From assembly GCA_951406725.2 (NCBI GenBank), contig OX597828.1, positions 32,612,001 to 32,676,000 of the forward strand: 64,000 nt of DNA. The letters run 5' to 3'. The first letter of the stretch is position 1, and each line of letters opens with the position of its first letter. Both the position numbers and the translations under genes were made by a program. Origin of the DNA: Octopus vulgaris. Its lineage: Eukaryota. Below the pieces are notes generated by a model, which worked only from the letters and a program-made list of their open reading frames with translations, had not been told where the DNA came from and did no database searches. Positions 27,143 through 41,169 of the stretch are shown here, piece by piece.

Positions 27143-28460
27143 AATTCGCCCTTCGTCTTTGTCTGACACCATGTAAAATACTCACAGAAAAATAATAATT
27201 TAAGCGATGTTTACTGAATGAACTTTGTATGCAACCGTATTCGCAGCGAAACAGAGACGCCACTCAAGCTAGATAGGACTTACTCCCACAAACATTGGTT
27301 CCTATCGCTCTCCGTAGCACAACATGAGGTGCTTAGAGTGATGATAGCTGAAAACCAGAACCCCATTACCCAATAGATTTGATGCGATTTCTCTGAGATG
27401 TGACAGTCATCTCTAGCAAGTCTAGTGAATATAGAAAAATTATTTGTTTAGATTGTTGTTAAACTGTGAGTGGAAAATCTGGAAATTATGGTGGAGATGT
27501 TGGTATTCGAGAGAGTAATGCTTTTCGTAATGAAGTTAGAACGAAAGCAAACTTTCTAAACTTGAAAATAATAATATAAACATACACTGTTACCATAACA
27601 ACCAAAGCATCTTACTCTTCATTATTCTATACAGTAACATGAAAAAACGAACTCAAATTTACGAAACGAACGATAGATGCTTAGAAATATTGAAATTTTG
27701 AGACTTTTTAGCCTTGAAGTATAAACGAAAATCCAATTTCAAAATAAGAATGTTGCAAACAATTCCTGAAGTTTACTGCCACGTAATTGGATTAACTTAC
27801 TACACAATAATCCGAAAACTACCACTGTACATAAAAATGCTTTACAGTGAAGGAAACCTACAATATCTAAATGGTATCGCACTACAATATTTTTTTCACT
27901 TTCCGAAATAAATCTATTAACAACAGCAACAACAACAACACAATATCAATACCAACACGAAATAAACGAAACTAAATATAAGAAAACTAATTATAATACT
28001 GCCATTTACAGAAAAGGCTATACAAGACAAAATGGTTACAGAATTGAAAAATATATATTACAATATATAATATTCTTTAGTTCAAATCTCGTTACGGCTA
28101 GTTTTGCATTTTGTATTTCCGTAGGATATAAAAAAAATCCAAACTTCAAGTTTGAGAAATAATTAAATCAAACGTATCTCTATTATTTAATTAAAATATC
28201 AAGCGCTAGATATGTTTATCTAAGGGGCTATTATTGCTATTATTACAGCAGTGATTTGTAATATTCTGTCGAAAGCCGTATTATTGCCCGCATGCTTAAG
28301 TTTCATTCTTTTTTCATTTTCATTTTCACTTTCACTCTTAGTATCTAAGCTGACAGTCGTTATTGATCAAAAACAGCCTCATAGCGAATTATAAGGGAAG
28401 CACCACACAAACATTTTCGCAAACACTCATCTCTGCGAATTATAAACATGCCCTTTTCAA

Positions 28461-28461
28461 T

Positions 28462-28495
<34 letters not shown>

Positions 28496-28910
28496 TTCTT
28501 CTTTTTTTCTTCTTCTTTTTCTTCTTTTTTTCTTCTTTTTCTTCTTCTTCTTTGTCTTCTACTTCTTCTTCTTCTTCTTTGTCTTCTTCTTTTTCTTCCT
28601 TTTTTTCTTCTTTTTCTTCTTTTTCTTCGTCTTCTTCTACTTCCTCCTCTTCTTCTTTTTTCTTCTTTTTTCTTCTTCCTCTTTTTCTTCTTTTTTTCTT
28701 CTTCTTTTTCTTCTTTTTTTCTTCTTTTTCTTCCTCTTCTCCTTCTTCTTCGTCTCCCCTTCTTCTTCTTCCTCTTCTTCTTTTTCTTCCTCTTTTTCTT
28801 CTTTTTTTCTTCTTCTTCTTTTTCTTCTTTTTTTCTTCTTCTTCTTCTTCTTCTTCTTCTTCTTCTTCTTCTTCTTCTCCCCCTCCTCCTCCTCCCACCT
28901 CTCTCTCTCA
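28461..28910. repeat. (CTT)n-based polypyrimidine tract
   Basis: About 450 bp almost entirely C/T; explains the poly-E/K/R/S/F ORFs. Confidence 0.97.
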
Positions 28911-31389
28911 AACAACAATTCCTCATTTCTAAGCTCCAAGTTTGCTTTTGATTCGAGAAAGGATTGAAGAATCTCATATACACCGCAAATAACAATGACG
29001 AATATTTTATATATGTTTCAACACAGACTTCTAAATCATAGGTAATACAGAATGATCATGTGTGAGTAGCCTTTGTTCCTAGACATACTCGATCCGGGCT
29101 GACTTAAGACAACACAGCAACATGGATAGCAAGAGTAAATCGTAATGGAAGTGTAGAGAGTAATATAATTTTCAAACTAAATAAATGACAAATAAGTACT
29201 ATTTTTAAAAAATAATAGGATTATTATTATCATCATCATTATTATTTCTAATATTCTTTTTGTTGTTGATATTGTTGTTGTGTTTTTTATTATTTATTTC
29301 TATACCTAATGATTATCAAATTCATCATTATTATCCATCCCGATACATTCGTTCTAATTCTATAAATTACTTATGCATCTAACATGTTTGTAGCGAAAGA
29401 TTTGGCAAAACTCTAACATCTTATCTCTGGTAAAATACAGTATATTGATTTTTGACTGCAGGTTCTATATCCTACAAATCGCTATCAGCTAGCCTATATC
29501 TTCTCAAATGGTTATATTTCGATTCACTTCTAGTATAGGCATCCGACTGACTGGAAGATATATGAAATGCATTATTTCTCACTTTTCGAAAATCCTTAGA
29601 AATTGCATCAAAATCTATCGAAATGGCTGATGAAACGAAACTAGTTTTTTTTTTTTCGTAATAAAATGATTTATAGCTTTAAATATTATTCATTTTAATG
29701 GGATTTTTTGTTTCCGGATACAAGCTTGAAAATAGTGTTTGAAAGTAGTTCAACTGCTACATCAGATCGAAAATATGCTAAAATTTGATACGGCCTTTGA
29801 TGAACCCAGTAGTACTTTGTATCTAAGGGACATGGTATAATAAATCGAATTACCTGCTAACTATTATGTTTCATCGTACGAATGAAAGGAAAATTTGATA
29901 CTAGTAGTTGTTTTGAAGATAGAAACATGAGACACTCAACAAAATACTATAGAATATTGACCTATGTACTTTACATTTCTTAGGATTAAAGATCAGATAT
30001 TGAACATTGAGGAATAGTTGTGGGACATCTCACATTCTAAAGGTATGTTGCTGATTAGATGTATTTCTGAAAGTGACTGATACATATACTACTGACGCTG
30101 AGAAGCAGTTCGTGAAGACGATATACACAAAGTTGATTGACAAAATTATTATAATCGGTTTCGAATAATGTGCTGCTTCTACGCTTTCTTCTGTTACACC
30201 TGGTAATCTTATAACATTGATTTTATTTTGAGCATGTTTGTCGTTTTGAGTATGGGATCATCGAATACATTTCAGGCTTTCATTAATAAAAAGTTGCAGA
30301 ATACGCATGAGTGACAGTACCTGAGCTTCGAAAGTAAACATGACTATATGCTTCACTCAAGATTCGATTATAGAGAGTTGTACTTGACAGAAACCTAGCT
30401 GGTCGCGCACAGGTGACTGAATGCTGAGGTGCAGGAAATCTGAGATGGCTGCGCGAAACCTGACTACTATTGGTCAAGGGGGGTCACATGGTGATATTAG
30501 AAGCGAAACTGAAATTCCAGCAACATCAGATTCATCAAAATCACAGAAAAATAGATCCGAATCTGAATTTCTTGTACCTTCTGCTTGGACAAGTAGCTGG
30601 TAATGTCTCAATGCCTTCGAAGAGACTTGACCGACATCGGATCCATAGCCAGCGACGGTCTATGTGTATATATGCCAGTTGTACAGACGCATGGATCTGC
30701 ACGCCTGGTGCATATATACGAGTATCTGCTGTGTGGTGTTCACGTGTGATGCACTTGCGTGAAGGTTGGCGTGTTAGCGCTGTTGCTAATTAGTGGTATG
30801 TACTTGTTTGCTAAGATGTGTCAACATACCGGTATGCGTATGTATCAGCTAATATTGTATCAATAGAGTGTGTAAGTGGGGACGAATATATGAGTGTTAG
30901 TATCTGCTGTACACGCGTGTTAACTACTGTTTGAGATGCATATATGGGTGTACGTGTGTATGGATCTTTAGTCAGACTGTGTACAATTCTGTATTTATAC
31001 TTGCGTATCAATGTTTGCGTGGTTATCATGACTACCAGGTGTGAGAGTTGCCTATGTTTACATCTGGTGTGTATGCGTGTATGCGTGTATGTGTGCTTCT
31101 GATATTTGTGTGAGCGTGAGCAATGTTGATGGGGAAGGACGGACCTGTCGCAAGATTGAAGTTTGGTCGTGTTAGAGGAGAAAGAGAGGAAAAGCCTGCA
31201 TACATATATGTCTGTGTGTGTACGTGCGCATATCTACATGCATGAAGGCGATCGCGAATGGAAGACTTGAGGGCCATCTTATGCACAATTACTGGTGCCC
31301 TAACCTTTGACATGGGGCAGCCAGTGTACTGTTGCAGCCAGTGTTAAGGTATTATATCTGCACTATCGGTTCCAGGCTTTTGAAGTTCC

Positions 31390-32360
31390 CTAGGAGGGCG
31401 TACCACTGGTAATAGAAATAAGGCAGTTCGTATTTTCTAATGATAGATACAAGTTGGTGGTAATCATGCTGTTCTTCACGGAGGCAGGGCTGGCACTTAC
31501 AGGTGAGTAAGGTGGGGTCCTGTTACTTATGATACATTCTATGTTCGGAGAGTAATAACGGAGGTTGCGTAGTTACCAGATGAAGCAGAAAAAATGTGGA
31601 ATACTCTCTATCTTTCCATTTAAAGGAAGGCATGTGGTGTTAGTACAATCACTTGAAATCATTGACCAGCATGCCCCTGTAGTGTTTCCAGTTACCATCG
31701 TGTTGTGTGATGGTGGATCTATAGACTACAACCCTTGAGAAGCCGGATCCTCCCAGAGTGTAACTGGTAAAATGTCTCGAATTACACGCTGGGATTTGGT
31801 CGTGCAATCGATTGCTTGTGTCTGTTGTAGCGTGCAGATTCGGAAGCGATATTTTCGAAGAAGCACGTTTTGATGTAATGTGACGTGAAGCGCTCATAGT
31901 ACTTGTGGTCACTATGGAAATGCTGCTTGATCAACGACAGGAAGCAGCATGGCACGTTGGTAGAAGCCTTTAAATTACATGGAGGTTTGAACCAGATTAT
32001 TTTTCTGTTTCAGGCCCTTCTCGTCTTGTGAGATTGGGGTTGGGATTGGGATTCCTCCTTATAAGCTAAATTTTCCGGAAAATCCATTCCTTGCATACGC
32101 GTTATTGCAGTGGGGGACGCCCTTATTAAAGATCGTTTTATTGATTGTAATTGGAACCCTAGTTCCAAGGGTCAGAATACAAATTTTCAGGCGATTGGAA
32201 ATCGTTGCGTCCTGAGGTATATTATATTTTGCAATAAAAAAGCATCTTTTTCGAGGTATTAAAATTTGAAAACATTTGGAAAATGAAATAACTACAATGG
32301 CATTAGCAAAGCAATGATTTGAAAAATTATTTAAAATATAATCACCCACGATAGTAAGAC
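31390..32360 (-). mobile_element. Penelope-like element, RT thumb/linker plus C-terminal GIY-YIG (decayed)
   Basis: Minus-strand frames give YILNNFSNH, RKIIWFKPPCNLKASTNV..FLSLIKQHFHSDHKY, ACNSR...LGG, VVYRSTI...KHYRGMLVNDFK and PPYSP..CLREE. Confidence 0.85.
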
Positions 32361-34650
32361 TTAGACGTAGTCAGCATATACAGAAATACAGGAGACGTGT
32401 CGCACTAAAACTGAATATGAACAATTAGAAAATAGACAAAGTGAATATTGTTCGTTAATCTATAAAAAGAATACACATCTGTGACTTTAAGTTTTTTTCT
32501 TCATTTTAGTGAATCTCTACTCTTAACACCATTGCAAATATTTTCCAAAGATTAGATGATATAACTGTAATTGTCTCGCTTGCTTGTTGTTTTGAGATAC
32601 TACAACATAAACAGACTCAACGCATTTTTCCTGTTATTCATTCGATTTTTTTTAAAGGAAACAATCACCAATAACATATTTTGCCTTTTTCGAGAACACC
32701 TTGAAATATTGGCAAGCAACAATTGGTCTGCTTATAAAATATATCAATAAGGGTTTATCCAAAATAAACAAGATTAGTTTCAACACACGGCCTTTGATGA
32801 AAAGACTTCTAAAACAATTTTAAAATCGAAAGTTTCTTAATCATTTCCCCACTCATTACCCATATAAGACTATTGTACATATATCATGCAGGAAGTTCCT
32901 CTGAGGTATTTCCCATCAGCCTCGTTGTTCATATCGCTACAAGTACTTATTTGATTACTCTTAACGAATATAATTAAATATTGCATAAACTTTATACTTG
33001 TGTTGTATTGATTCAGACCACCGCCAGCGTTAATTGTGTATAGATATTTCCGATAGTTCTTTGTTATTGCTGCCAAGTACACACCACACGAGAGTATTGT
33101 TTATTTAACATTTAATTCCCACCTATTGTCTCTTTACATTCGATAACAAAACAGTTCCATCGTTTACGATAGGCCACAATATTTTTGGACTTTTACCAAA
33201 TGACATTAATTTGTCGATTGTATAAGAAGGTACATTGTTATGTTTCGGAGCGTCCAACAATTTTCTGTTCATCAGATTTTGGAACAAACAGTACAGAGTT
33301 ACTTGAAAGTCTTTGAATAAACGAAGTTTTTAAGCACACTATATTACGTGTCAGATCTTAACCTATATATATATATATATATATATATACATACACATAT
33401 ATATATTCAATATGCAAGACAATTCCTCAGATACTTTAATTCAGGAAAACCTATTATTCATGTTACACGTAGTCCTTCCCAATTGGTTCTTTTCTTAATG
33501 CCAGTTTAGTAGAATACGCTTTGCTGTAAAACTGGGACACACATATTGCATTCACAATTTAGCTTTAAAGGTAAAGTGTACTTCTATCCGATTTTATTAC
33601 TGAAGAAAATAATTTGGATGGTATTATTGGACTTATTTTCGTTGCTTCTTGTTTTCCCTTATAACCACCACTCTCTAGTAGTGTTTATAACTGATTGGCT
33701 ACCAATTGCTTTAATAATTTCAGCAAAGTGAAAACAGTCAATTCACGATGCAATCACGTGTGATGAACACAATTTTATTATTTCGTTCGAAAATGATACT
33801 GATAAACGCATTTAATACAAGTTATTCACCTCAATGTATTACATGTTTCGGTTAGTTACATTCACTGATGTCGTTCTTGATCTTTTGGTTTGTCACAGTA
33901 CATGTTACAGCCAAGGCATAGCTACTAGAGTCAATCTGCTGTGTGTATATTATGTTTCCTTGATTCATATGTCTCTTTACTTAACGACGACGACGACGAC
34001 GACCAGTAGAAATATATATGGAGATTAACTCTCGCATGTAACTGACATCTTTGGATGCAGTAAAATAGTTTGTTTGACATCTTTATTCGCCGGAGGGTTA
34101 CGTTTATCCTGGCAATGTCCTATATTAACTTTAAATAGAACATAAGACAAGCATTGCTAAAGATTATATCTGCCAAAATAACGGAGAGAGAATGATCGAT
34201 AAATTTCGAAAAGAGATAATACTCGTACATACAATAAATCCTGTAAAGGCATTAAAACTTGGAAATTTCTCCGCGAATGCACCATCCAAGATATTAGCTA
34301 AATGAAGCAATTGATGCTCTACTGAGTGAAGACAGTGTAAGCTCTGGAAACACAGTTTCTGAAAGTTAGTGTAGTGTATTAGAACTTTACTCTTCTCAAA
34401 ACTTTTAAGCAGATCATTCGATTTTAACCGCTAAATTTACCCAAGACATAAAAGAAATATTGCTACCTGTTAATAAAGAACCAACATCAAATTCCAAGCT
34501 ACCGTTCTCACATTTGGCTTCATAGATATATTTCGAATGAGTGATTCACTGAAGTTACCAGTGTCATATTTTACAAATGGCAGCCATTTTCCTTCAAATC
34601 TCACAATTGCACCCTCAGGAATTAAGGACATATTTCTCGAATGTAGCCTA

Positions 34651-34834
34651 TTCTTTTTTTATTTGTTTCAGTCATTTGACTGCGGCCATGCTGGAGCACC
34701 GCCTTTAGTCGAGCAAATCAACCCCAGGACTTATTCTTTGCAAGCCTAGTGCTTGTTTACGTCCCCGTCACTTAGCGGGGACGTAAACAAACCCGCATCG
34801 GCTGTGAAGCGATTTTGGGGTGACAAACACAGAT

Positions 34835-34925
<91 letters not shown>

Positions 34926-35105
34926 CATATATATATATACACGATGGACTTCTTTCAGCTTCCGTCTACCAAATCCGCTCACAAGGCTGTGGTCAACTCG
35001 AGTCTATAGTAGAAGACACTTGCCGAAGGTAGTACAAAATGGGACTGAACCCGGAACCATGTGATTGGTAAACAAGATACTTACCACATAGCCACCCCTG
35101 CGTCT
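34651..35105 (-). mobile_element. Full-length tRNA-derived CORE-type SINE (OR-like)
   Basis: Reverse-complement match to the 26718 copy from head to tail, including the internal (CA)n(TA)n. Confidence 0.92.
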
Positions 35106-35989
35106 ATATAAGAAAAATGACAGAATGGCCATGACTGGAATACTTCTGATCATTGATATTTTGGAATTTGGCTGATGTAGAGTTATAGAAATAGAAAAAT
35201 GGAAAAATGCATGTGTTTCTTCATAAACATTCTTTCGAAGAAACCCATTTTGCATAGGAGACAATATCACCCTACACCAATGGCTACACACCGACTTATG
35301 AAACTTTTTTTCCTTTAGGGGATGAGAGTATTACGGGTAGGTTTCTTTAGGCATACAGATTAGAACCTGAATCTATAAAACTCCCTTTTAATTTATAGCT
35401 GCATTTCCTTACAGAGGGATAATGGTTGACACCAGTTTCATTCAACACACGGCCTTCCCAAATCGATTTATGTCTTTTCCACTTAACCATTTTGACGACC
35501 ATAGTCTGAAATTAGATAGAGCGACTTACATCGAACAAACCTACTGTTCTCAACAATATGTCCCTCTTTCTGGTTGCTCTGGATAATCATAAATACTAAA
35601 ATCCCATAAGAGTAATTAGTTGGTGAAATGAGACGACTAGAGATGACTATGATACAACTTTCACTAGCTCGCCTTAGAAAAATAATTGTCATTCTATCTT
35701 TCTCCCCTGCTGCCAAAGTGACAGACAGCGCGAGAGTATCACTCTGTATTCCTCCTTCCTCACTGTCATTCTATTACTCTATTGGGCTTACTATTGCAAC
35801 CAACGTAAACACAGTAAAACAAGAAGTGAAAACGAGTGAGCCTTCCCGCTCCTTTGAAGACTAATATTTTGTGACGGCTTTGAACCTTGGCTTCAAGTAT
35901 ATTATAACAGCTTTGTGCTGTCTTTGATTTGAGTTTTGCCAATTTTTTCTCATTACATGATTGAATCATACGGGCTTGTTTTATTTCAC

Positions 35990-36031
<42 letters not shown>

Positions 36032-36109
36032 GAGTATACAGATACCACATGAAACATCGCTTTATGTTTATTCTAGCTCTAACTTTTTATTAATTGACAT
36101 TTTTATGTT

Positions 36110-37200
36110 TTAGGTTCTAAATGTGACTGTTTAATCATGCCATGTGCAAGAGAAGTCTTGGAACTGCCTGGATTTCAGAGGCTGTATTGTGGGTCATTCT
36201 CAAGTTGGACAGCATAAAATCGCATAAAACCTACAGTTAAGTGAGTGATTGCACAATTCACCAGAGAGGGGAAGGAGTCCAAATCACCTCGCTCAGATTA
36301 ACCAGGGCTCTCTGAAGATAATTGTGAAGGCTAATCCTCGTTGCAAGGCATCTGACATGGCAGAACAGGTCGATGCCAGTCCCAGAACAGCTTTCAGGTA
36401 TCTCCACAAACTTGCTTACAATGACAGATCAGTAAGAAGGAAGCCACTTCTTCAACCAGCTAACATCAAGCGGAGAAAAGGTTGGGCTAGTGAGATGGTG
36501 GAGAGGCCACTACCCATTTGTGACACTGTCATATTCTCTCGTGAGTCGAAATTTGCTGTATTACCCGACAGTGGTCGAGTATGGGTCTGGAGATTCTGTG
36601 ATCAAGAAGTTGATGTGAAAAGATTTGGGAAAGAGCAGCTATTCTGTGATGGTCTGGGGAACAATTTGAAGCAAAGACTGATCAGCGCTGGTCGAGTATG
36701 AGGGACACCTAAACGCAGATAAATATGTATCCATATCGCAGAAAGCAATCCTTCCAATCTTAACCAGGAGTGAATTGATTGAAGAAGACTATTTATGGAA
36801 GATGGGGCTCCTTGTCACATGGCTAAAATGACCTTAGATTAAAGGGCTTCTATGGCCAAAGCCGTCACCTAATATGAACCCTATTGAACGCCAATGGGAC
36901 TTAATAGAAAAGACACATCATAAAGAGATGGAAACATCTCCAGATCAGAACATTTTAGATTACTTTTACATTTTAGATTACTTCATGAAAACTTTCAAGA
37001 AATTCCATAAGAGAATATTCCTCATCTGATAAATATCATGGCTAATAAGGTCCTTACATTGAAAAATGCAAATGGCTTGTCTACTAGAGATTAACTATTC
37101 ACATTGTAGCAATTAACATATAATTTGAATGTATAATTTCAGATTTAAATAAAGTCTAAGGATTATTATAGGCTGTCTATTTACTTCTGTCATGTCTATG
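36110..37200 (+). mobile_element. Tc1-like transposon relic (DD34E-type), transposase pseudogene
   Basis: RRKPLL, TVIFSRESKF, RVWVWR, VMVWG, LFMEDGAPCH and WPKPSPNMNPIERQW across frameshifts. No left TIR recognised. Confidence 0.92.
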
Positions 37201-37201
37201 C

Positions 37202-37233
<32 letters not shown>

Positions 37234-37399
37234 GAGTGTGAGTGTGTGAGATTGTGAGCATGTTTGTGAAGGCGTTTGTGTAAAGAGAATGTGTCCGAAT
37301 GTCCAAGTTAATCATTTACTTTACATTTCATTTTCGTAATTCCGCATTATATGTTTAGGAATTGCATTCCTGTCCAAAGAACATGAGCGTTTCGAGTGA

Positions 37400-39200
37400 T
37401 TTTCAGCCTAAACTTCCGAACGAGTCTAAGCAAAATTGTCTGAAGCAATTTGTCTAAAATACAGTTGATCTAAACGCAATTCGTTTAAAACAAATTATCT
37501 AAAACACAATCTGACTAAAATGTAAAAATTGCTTCTTGTTGATGAATTCGTATTTTTTATTCATAATTTATAATTCTTTGGGTTTATAACTAATTGATAA
37601 CTATTTATAATTAATTCAAATTGCATAAAAAGCAAAAGATAGTATTTACTGAAAGGACTTATTAAATATTATTAAAGGTTGTGTGCTATACCATGAATGT
37701 AATTAATAATATTATGTAGATCAAAATTTTGAATAAGACTTTCTATTCTTTTTGCAGTATTTAGATAGCGATTCTTTTGAAGTTTTGGTTCCATTCCAGC
37801 AATATACTGCTTAAACCGAATCTCGCTTAGACTTTGTTCTTTTTTGTAAAAAGCCGATTATTTTCAGATGTTTGTGTAATGCAAACCAACTTGGTTTTCG
37901 AATGTTCCACTCATCCTTCGACAGAGTTATTTGTTTTGGGCAAATCACCAAGGACTTTTAAATACACATTCCACATATTTCGTGGGAAGGGAGGTGGGCG
38001 TCGCGCATTCTTTGTGCTTCATCGGGTAATGCGTAGTTATCATCACATAATAGCTGAAATGTTCTTGTTACTGTGCTTACTGGAATAAAAGCTAATGCTG
38101 GTAGCATCCTCATCACTAAAGCAAATTTAGGATCTGTTTCATATTTTCGTTTTAAACCATTACTTTGAATTACAGGCAAAAAGCAACCGTTCTGTTCTAC
38201 GCTAGGAAATTCTTTCAAAAATGCTTTCATCATCGCTTTCTCAAAATCGTTTTTTTATTGACAATGGCGCACATGATGGTTCAAGTTTCTTTATCGTGTG
38301 CAAAAACGTTATACTCTACTCTCTCTTTTACTCTCTTTTACTTGTTTCAGCCATCCGGCTGAGGCCATGCTGGGGCACCGCATATATATGTTTCTTCCGC
38401 ATATATATGTTTCTTCCGCATATATATGTTTCTTCCGTTTTGTCCGGAAATAACACAAACACGAGTGTCAGTGAAGCTTTCTCTTGCAATACATGTAGGG
38501 TATATAGCTGGTGAAATAACAAAGGGACTGTTTTAAATGTGCCATCTGCATACTGGCGACTGCTTAGTGATAAACACTGTAAATTACGTTTAAATATTTG
38601 TTGTGCAAATTACGTCTTGTCGCAAATGTCACAGTACGCTCTTCAACTGGTCCTGAGTCATAAAGCAGAAATTGATTACTTTTGAAAGATTTTGTACGTT
38701 CAGGTGGGAAAACTATTTCCCTGCAAGTTGAGAGCCTGTACAGTAAGGTTTTGTTACCTTATAGATCTTATTGTTCTCTTAATCCTTTGTATGTTTGGTA
38801 GTTTGGAAGCAACAGCTTGATCGCAATCATCGAGAGCACTAGATACATACGAACGTGTTGCATCTTGTGTTGACTTTGCCAGTTGACGTATTTTTGAAAC
38901 GGCTTCTTTTGCTGCAATTTCAGCGGCGTCCAATATATGATTATGGTCGGAGGAAGATTTCACAATTTCATCTTTTACAGTAATTATGCGAGCACAGCAT
39001 ATTGTTTTTGGATATTTTTCACCCTTCCAATAAATACGTTCACCATTTCCCCCATTCTTTTGTGTGTCTATTATCAACCAACGTTTTACGACCTTTTTCT
39101 GACTCAGTAAATTCCGCAGGCATCTTTGGCTATGGATCTTTTCACTGAATAATTCCAAATAAGAATTTTTTTGTTTTAGAAAACAACTAATTTTATTCAA
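37400..39200 (-). mobile_element. FLYWCH-MULE (Mutator-like) transposon relic
   Basis: FLYWCH-like IYW...CCARIIT...DHNH; MULE motifs YADGTFKTVPLLFHQLYTLH, LFPDKTEETY, DFEKAMMKAF, LPALAFIP, PKTNNSVEG and terminal YIHGIAHNL*. ~15-bp subterminal repeats at 37420-37520. Confidence 0.92.
38312..38382 (-). mobile_element. Short SINE/LINE 3' tail inserted in the MULE
   Basis: Minus strand GCGGTGCCCCAGCATGGCCTCAGCCGGATGGCTGAAACAA(GTAAAAGAGA)n, the same tail type as 27081-27142. Confidence 0.85.
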
Positions 39201-39636
39201 CGAGGTAAAAAATAAAATCACCAAATTCATGTAATTCAAGTTGATTATATGCAAAAAACAGGATTTTTCTCCTTTTATTTTGTGCGTATTCACTCTGTGC
39301 ATGAGTTAGGATTAATATTTTGCTATTAGTACATGTTCTTTATCTCATTCGTTATTTCTTTGTGCAATTCTATTTAAGAAACGAAAAGGCATAGAAAAGC
39401 ATTGCTATATAATTTTGTTTATTTTTCTTGAGTTGTAAAACATGTATGCGGATTACCTGGTTTCTACAGCGTACATAAGCCAGCGAGATTACAACATTCC
39501 CTTGGCAGAGTTTCCGATCCATTGTAGGGTTCTAGGTAGGGTAGAAGTCAATTACGTCCACTAGAGTACTCGCTCTTGAGTGATATTGTGCGACATGCTA
39601 ACAATTCTGACAGCGTCACACCTTAGATTAAAGTAG

Positions 39637-39757
<121 letters not shown>

Positions 39758-40640
39758 AAGATTATAGGTGAAGTTTAGTTATGGAAGCAATATTAATATA
39801 TAAATATAAAATCTATACATACTGTACAGGAGAAATAGATTACGAAATGAAATAGAGTTTAATATGAGGTTGCGAGGGATACACTTCTTTCTATGTTCTG
39901 CGCAGCACCATCGAGCACATAACCATATAGATTTGAATATTTTAATCACAAAATCTGCATCCACATATTTTTATAGTTTCCAATAACATATCTGAATTGC
40001 CATACTATTCAGATTTAACCTTATAAAATATTTCATGTTGTGATCTAGAAAACATTAGTTTCTATAAAATGGAAGCATAAAATTTTAAAACATCGTGATC
40101 ATTAAGTAAAACGATAAAATAAACTATATGAGACCTAAATTTTGTTCTGCTTCATGTTGTGAGACCACAGTTTGGACAGTGACAACAAAAACAAAGTCTT
40201 TTTTTTTTTCCTTACATCAACCAACAACAAGAATTGAATATTTACAAATGACCCATATCTCATAATTTTATAGTAATGCATTTGTCGACCAAAAGGGGTG
40301 AAAGTACTATAGAGTTAATGGTAGCAACAAAGGCGACCATATCAAAAGGAGATACTGAGTTACTTTTTGTCATTGTAGTTTTTGTCAATTATTTGAATCA
40401 ACCAAGCTTGCACGTTTCATTTGAAAAATAGTGAAGTTTAATCATGAGACATTCGTGTTTCGATAAAATATTAATTCAGTTTATTGCTAATGGCACTGTG
40501 TTCTATGTTGCTATTAGTGCCAAATTATTGTCTGTGTGTTGAATAAATTTTTAATGACATACAACAATTCAATTGAAAATATATTGCATGTGTTATATAA
40601 ATACACATACGTATGTATATGTGTATGTGTCTATGTACTA

Positions 40641-40684
<44 letters not shown>

Positions 40685-40983
40685 ACTTGTAATTTTAAGT
40701 ATATTGGCAATATTCTACTTACATTCATCACCACTTGCATTTCAGAATTCGAAATATTAATTTTTCAGTTAATAAAGTTAATAAATAAATGTTAATGGTT
40801 GCGATGCAATCAATTCATTTACTGTATTATATGGGCAAAGGTAAAATGATTTACCACAGATGTATTTCTCCAGTTTCTTATCTTGGACTGGTGATTGTGA
40901 GCACAAATAAATATTGGAAAATAAAATATTGAAATTACTGTCGTATGTACAAATTTGGGCATACGGCTTTTTAACATAATAGT

Positions 40984-41029
<46 letters not shown>

Positions 41030-41112
41030 ACTATTTATACATATATATATTACATATATACACACGCAAACACACACATACACACACATATACAGATATA
41101 CATATATATATG

Positions 41113-41169
<57 letters not shown>

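Noticed and set aside
28360-28995. Long ORFs in several frames rich in R/K/E/S/F
   Set aside because: All derive from the CTT/polypyrimidine tract; no domain or splice evidence.
29625-29650. CTGATGA-AAC-GAAA-CTAG hammerhead-like words
   Set aside because: No stem II and no stem I complementarity.
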